From an uncultured virus (IMG/VR IMGVR_UViG_3300014819_001231) (Duplodnaviria; Heunggongvirae; Uroviricota; Caudoviricetes), in IMG/VR virus record IMGVR_UViG_3300014819_001231: a stretch of 20,000 bases of DNA; one strand, 5' to 3'. Made by a program: the position numbers and the translations under genes. Every line of letters starts with the position of its first letter. Position 1 is the first letter of the stretch. A model generated the notes under the pieces. It was not told where the DNA came from. It did no database searches and was given only the letters and a program-made list of their open reading frames with translations. Shown piece by piece: positions 16,354 through 20,000 of the stretch.

Positions 16354-16776
16354 ATGTGGTACAAATTTTCTCAACAAGAGTCTGAAGAACAAAATAACCT
16401 TGTTACGAGATATCATTACACTGATTCTGACGCAACATTAGAAAAAATTTTAAAAGAAGGCATTAAAGTAGACCACTCGCAATCCTGGAAATATGGAGAT
16501 CCTAAAGCGATTTGGTCTAATCCCTATTACATTGAAGGCAAACCTGTTGTAGAATTTCTAGAAGACCCAAAGAATATCCACGGAGACCAATATCAATTTG
16601 TGGACGTGCCACCAGAAAGAATTGTTAATGTTTACAAAACGTGGTACCCAGAATTAAAATATGTTCTTGACACTTTTGGAGCCAAAGATGGAATCGAAAG
16701 AATATACGAGGCTGGAATAGAAAACGATTATCCATATAATTTAATTTTAAAAGAACTCAAAAAAACCGTACAATAA
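16354..16776 (+). CDS. Putative ADP-ribosyltransferase-fold (Tpt1/KptA NAD-domain-like) protein, 140 aa
   Basis: RYHYT...[18 protein letters not shown] and VPPERI occur in the order of the YHGT...IxxxGL / VxLS / VLxI / VPPxxI motifs of His-type ART folds. Confidence 0.55.
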   Translation: MWYKFSQQESEEQNNLVTRYHYTDSDATLEKILKEGIKVDHSQSWKYGDPKAIWSNPYYIEGKPVVEFLEDPKNIHGDQYQFVDVPPERIVNVYKTWYPELKYVLDTFGAKDGIERIYEAGIENDYPYNLILKELKKTVQ

Positions 16777-16778
16777 GT

Positions 16779-17768
16779 ATGATGGATTATTACGCAATTT
16801 TAGGAATAGAAAGATCCGCTACGGAGGAGGACATCAAAAAGGCCTATCGTAGATTGGCCAAAGAATATCACCCTGATGTAAATCCTGGTGACAATGAAGC
16901 TGAAAATAAGTTCAAGGAATTATCAGAAGCTTACACTGTACTTTCCGATCCCGAGAAAAGATCCAACTATGATAGATTTGGCAACCCCCACGGCCCACAA
17001 AATGGAGGTTTTAACCCATTTGAAGGCATGGGTGGATTTGATCCTAGTTCTTTCTTTGATCAATTTTTCGGAGGAGGTCAGCAAAGAAGGCAAAAGGTGG
17101 TAAACTCAGACATTGATGCATCAATAAAGCTATCATTAAGAGATTTATTGCTAGGATGTGTTAAGAAAATAAATTTCCCTAAAAATATAGCTTGTGATGC
17201 ATGCCAAGGTGAAGGCGGGCATGATTCTAAGATATGTCATACTTGTCATGGCCAAGGTGCGCAAATAAGGCAAGTGCAACAAGGATTTATGATCATGCAA
17301 CAAACGGTACCATGTACCGTTTGCGATGGTAAGGGCAAAACTTTCACACAATTGTGCAATCAATGTTCTGGAGGGATTAAAACAATCAATGAAGAGATTG
17401 AACTCAAAATCCCAGAAAATTGCCCGATATATTCCACGCTTGCTGTACATGGCAAAGGAAACAAAGAGCAAATTAATCTTCCCCCAGGGAACCTCAATAT
17501 TACACTTCAGCCACAATCTGGTGTGTTTAATATTGATAGAGAAGGAAATGTCAGTTATAAAGCCAATATTACATTAAAAGATTGGTATAATAATTCTATA
17601 GTAAATCTAAATAGATTTGATGTAGAAATGTTGTCCTATAATCTCAAAGACCTAGAAAGCTCTGATAAATCAATTAGTTTTCCAAGAAAAGGTCTTAAAA
17701 GCGCAGATAATAGCAGACAGGGTGATTACATCGTATCTTTTAGAATAACGAAGGACAAGGAGAATTAA
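16779..17768 (+). CDS. dnaJ: Class A DnaJ/Hsp40 co-chaperone, 329 aa
   Basis: J domain DYYAILG...[16 protein letters not shown]-rich linker, four CxxCxG repeats ([31 protein letters not shown]) and two C-terminal beta domains. Confidence 0.95.
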   Translation: MMDYYAILGIERSATEEDIKKAYRRLAKEYHPDVNPGDNEAENKFKELSEAYTVLSDPEKRSNYDRFGNPHGPQNGGFNPFEGMGGFDPSSFFDQFFGGGQQRRQKVVNSDIDASIKLSLRDLLLGCVKKINFPKNIACDACQGEGGHDSKICHTCHGQGAQIRQVQQGFMIMQQTVPCTVCDGKGKTFTQLCNQCSGGIKTINEEIELKIPENCPIYSTLAVHGKGNKEQINLPPGNLNITLQPQSGVFNIDREGNVSYKANITLKDWYNNSIVNLNRFDVEMLSYNLKDLESSDKSISFPRKGLKSADNSRQGDYIVSFRITKDKEN

Positions 17769-17769
17769 T

Positions 17770-17970
17770 ATGGCAATGATCAAACGCGCAAAAGGATCTA
17801 TCGAAGAAATGGTAGATAAAAACACACCTATTACAAACAACGAACCAAACCTTACATGGAGCAACGATGTGCTCATTAAAGATGTATTGGACGTTCCTCT
17901 CACGAAAGAGGCGGATATTACAATTAATCTAGATGAAGTAGATGAAGATGAAATTGCGGTAAGAGTTTAA
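17770..17970 (+). CDS. Small acidic hypothetical protein, 66 aa
   Basis: Starts 1 nt after the dnaJ stop, with an AGGAG Shine-Dalgarno-like sequence upstream. Fills the gap before the helicase. Confidence 0.7.
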   Translation: MAMIKRAKGSIEEMVDKNTPITNNEPNLTWSNDVLIKDVLDVPLTKEADITINLDEVDEDEIAVRV

Positions 17971-18010
17971 ACGCATGTAACATTTTAGTTTATATTTCGT
18001 CAAATATATT

Positions 18011-19651
18011 GTGTTAGAGCTAATCTATAATAACGACGCTATAAGAGTATTGCATGCTGAGAAACAAGAAATTGAATTTATCAACGAGCAATGCTCTTAT
18101 GTTGTTCCTTCAGCGGAATGGTCTGATAAATACCAAAGTGGCAGTTGGAATGGAAAAATTTCTCTTTTCAGTAAAAAGAGATGTACATTTCCCAGCGGTC
18201 TTCTTTCTGTAATATCTAGTAAATTAAAAGAATCAAAAATAGATTTCAAAATTACAGATAATAGGAAATTGCCTGAAATTTCAAAAAATTGTATAGTTGA
18301 TCTAGGTGAGCATAAATTTAGAGATTATCAGGAAAAGGCAATTCAGGCCATTAAAGAAAAAACTCGCGGTATTTTAGCCATGTGTACTGGCGCAGGAAAG
18401 ACAAAAAGTTCATGTGGGATTATTTCTGAACTTTCAGTATATCCTGTAATATTTATTGTACCATCTGTTTCTCTTTTGAAACAAACAGTGGCAGAGTTCA
18501 AACAATCTTTAAAACCTTTAATTGAAGAGTTTGGAGTAGGAGAAATTGGCGGAGGTGTATGCAAGATTATCGCAGATGGTGTAAATGTAGCCACCTATCA
18601 CACAATTCTCACAGCTTATAATCAAAAATATTCAGAATCAAAGAAAAAAGTTGTTGATATTGAAGAAGATAAAGTTTCTTTGCCTAGCCTTCAAAAGCAA
18701 TTGAATATTTTACAGGTAGATTATGCAAATTCTCCATCTAATAAATTAAAAGGCATTTCAAAGAAAATAAAAGAAATAGAGAAAAAAATAGAGAACAAGC
18801 AGAAATTTATTTCAAATAAATCAAAAATAAGAGATCTTGTTTCAAATTGTCAATTATTAATTATTGATGAAACCCATTTGGCCGCCGAAGTGATTGAAAA
18901 CATTTCTTTGAAAGCAAATAAAGCATATTACAAATGCGGGTTATCCGCCACTCCGCAAAGAATGGATAATCAGGACCTAAGAATGTTCGGGGCTACAGGG
19001 TCTATAATACACAGGGTTTCAGCATCTGAATTAATTCAAAGAGGTTTTTTGGTGAAACCATATATTTATTCAATCGATTTGGATCATATTGATAAAACTT
19101 CTGCCTCTTATCAGGAAACATACAAAAATGCCATTGTTTTGAATGAACAGAAAAATACTTTAATAAAATCACTTGCGGAAGCAATGAAGCGACAGGGGAG
19201 GCCCACATTAATTCTCGTGGAAAGGCTTGAGCATGGCGAAATATTACAAAATATGATTGAAGATTGTCTATTCGTACCAGGAGGGGATGGTGGAGATGAC
19301 AAACCTATTTCGGATGAAGAAATGGATTATCGCAAATATCAATTAAACCGATGCGAAAATAATGAAATTATACTTGTTGCGACACAATGGGCTAACACGG
19401 GTATTGATGCTCCCAAAATTAGCAGTTTAATTTTGGCTGGCTCAACAGGTACTTTCAATACAGTAATTCAGCAAGTAGGAAGAGTGCTTAGAAAAGCACC
19501 GGGGAAGAACAACTGCATAGTTTTTGATTTCAAACACAAAGAAAAAAATCTAAGGAATCATTATTATTCAAGGGCTAAAGCATATAAAACCGAGCCGGAA
19601 TTTCAAGTGAAGATGCTTAAATATAACAGTAGTAAAGGAACTTATGTTTAA
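18011..19651 (+). CDS. SF2 DExH helicase, UvsW/SSL2(XPB)-like, 546 aa (GTG start)
   Basis: Q motif FRDYQ, Walker A CTGAGKT, Ia FIVPS, Ib VATYHT, II IIDETH, III SATP, V NTGIDAP, VI QQVGRVLR. N-terminal WNGKISLF...FPSGL segment as in UvsW-like phage helicases. Confidence 0.92.
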   Translation: MLELIYNNDAIRVLHAEKQEIEFINEQCSYVVPSAEWSDKYQSGSWNGKISLFSKKRCTFPSGLLSVISSKLKESKIDFKITDNRKLPEISKNCIVDLGEHKFRDYQEKAIQAIKEKTRGILAMCTGAGKTKSSCGIISELSVYPVIFIVPSVSLLKQTVAEFKQSLKPLIEEFGVGEIGGGVCKIIADGVNVATYHTILTAYNQKYSESKKKVVDIEEDKVSLPSLQKQLNILQVDYANSPSNKLKGISKKIKEIEKKIENKQKFISNKSKIRDLVSNCQLLIIDETHLAAEVIENISLKANKAYYKCGLSATPQRMDNQDLRMFGATGSIIHRVSASELIQRGFLVKPYIYSIDLDHIDKTSASYQETYKNAIVLNEQKNTLIKSLAEAMKRQGRPTLILVERLEHGEILQNMIEDCLFVPGGDGGDDKPISDEEMDYRKYQLNRCENNEIILVATQWANTGIDAPKISSLILAGSTGTFNTVIQQVGRVLRKAPGKNNCIVFDFKHKEKNLRNHYYSRAKAYKTEPEFQVKMLKYNSSKGTYV

Positions 19652-20000
19652 GTCTGTTGTATTTGGAGCCCCAGCAAAATGTCCTAACCGCACATGTCGT
19701 GCTGAATTTTTTAAAGATTGTCACTTAGGTTGGTTACCCAAATCTGAGCTTGAAGTATTTGCCATAATGAAATGTTCATCTTGTCGAGATAGGTTTATGG
19801 TGGCGCAAATGATAAATATGGTTCACGATTATAAAGAAAATCTTCCTGTCAGAGAAACACCACAAAATAAAATCACAATATTTACAGAAAAAGACAGAGA
19901 AGTTTTCAGGCAAGAATTATTCTCTGATGATAATCCTTTGTTTAATTTGTTTGATGGATATTATCCAGGCGCTGCAGATTTGCCAGAAAATGTACAATAG
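19644..20000 (+). CDS. Hypothetical Cys-rich (probable Zn-ribbon) protein, 118 aa
   Basis: CPNRTC...CSSC pairs, AAGGA upstream of the ATG, 8-nt overlap with the helicase, TAG at 19998-20000. Confidence 0.75.
   Translation: MFKSVVFGAPAKCPNRTCRAEFFKDCHLGWLPKSELEVFAIMKCSSCRDRFMVAQMINMVHDYKENLPVRETPQNKITIFTEKDREVFRQELFSDDNPLFNLFDGYYPGAADLPENVQ

Larger units (their letters stand above)
1..20000. mobile_element. Segment of a large tailed bacteriophage genome (virion morphogenesis region plus accessory genes)
   Basis: Very high coding density with ATGA/TAATG overlaps and GTG starts. Tail-fibre, baseplate-hub and neck-like motifs sit next to a UvsW-like helicase and a stand-alone DnaJ. Many ORFan-like proteins and no cellular housekeeping operon context. 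Confidence 0.8.

Noticed and set aside
18611..18850. Intein in the helicase
   Set aside because: No splicing motifs and too short; the composition is coiled-coil-like.
1233..19302. Short alternative-frame and antisense ORFs in the track (e.g. 1769-1984, 5929-6249, 10043-10315, 10898-11272, 14542-14796, 14759-14959, 17151-17516, 18343-18594)
   Set aside because: They are nested in or largely overlap longer, motif-supported genes and show no recognisable motifs; treated as shadow ORFs.
1..20000. Stop-codon reassignment (TAG or TGA), as seen in some large phages; TAG-ending genes are followed by the larger gaps
   Set aside because: ORFs of 1401, 1065, 680 and 546 aa are intact in the standard code. 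TGA stops sit in ATGA overlaps, and reading through TAG at 4290, 12585 or 14669 adds only short tails without joining ORFs.
1..20000. Eukaryotic giant virus (NCLDV) or cellular chromosome origin, suggested by DnaJ, proteases and the SF2 helicase
   Set aside because: Operon-style overlaps, GTG starts, some Shine-Dalgarno sites and tail/neck-like genes point to a tailed prokaryotic virus, and dnaJ lacks its usual dnaK/grpE neighbours. The host cannot be determined from this window.
1..20000. tRNA, rRNA or structured ncRNA genes
   Set aside because: No intergenic space is large enough except 14670-14798, which shows no cloverleaf or T-loop signature.

Overview
This AT-rich, almost fully coding window looks like part of a large (jumbo-type) tailed phage genome in the standard genetic code. 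It holds two divergent gene blocks. The leftward block (11454 to <1) is tightly coupled: a DUF5679-like Zn finger, two helical proteins that may be head-internal/ejection proteins, a low-complexity protein, a 1401-aa beta-rich structural protein, a 1065-aa baseplate-hub-like protein, a small ORF, and a tail-fibre-like gene running off the left edge that the ORF track missed. The rightward block (11401 to 20000) has an FmdB-like Zn ribbon, an acidic-tailed protein and a 680-aa NHL-repeat/neck-adaptor-like protein. These are followed by a compact cassette (subtilisin S8 without signal peptide, PDZ-less HtrA/trypsin-like protease, ART-fold protein, class A DnaJ), a UvsW-like SF2 helicase with a coiled-coil insert and a Cys-rich protein. 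Main observations: the protease-protease-ART-DnaJ cassette; a shared N-terminal basic-x-(A/S) motif that may be a processing or packaging signal; a recurring AGG-N18/19-YAA upstream motif; and head-to-head overlapping Zn-finger genes at the strand switch. All family calls come from motif recognition by eye, with no database search.
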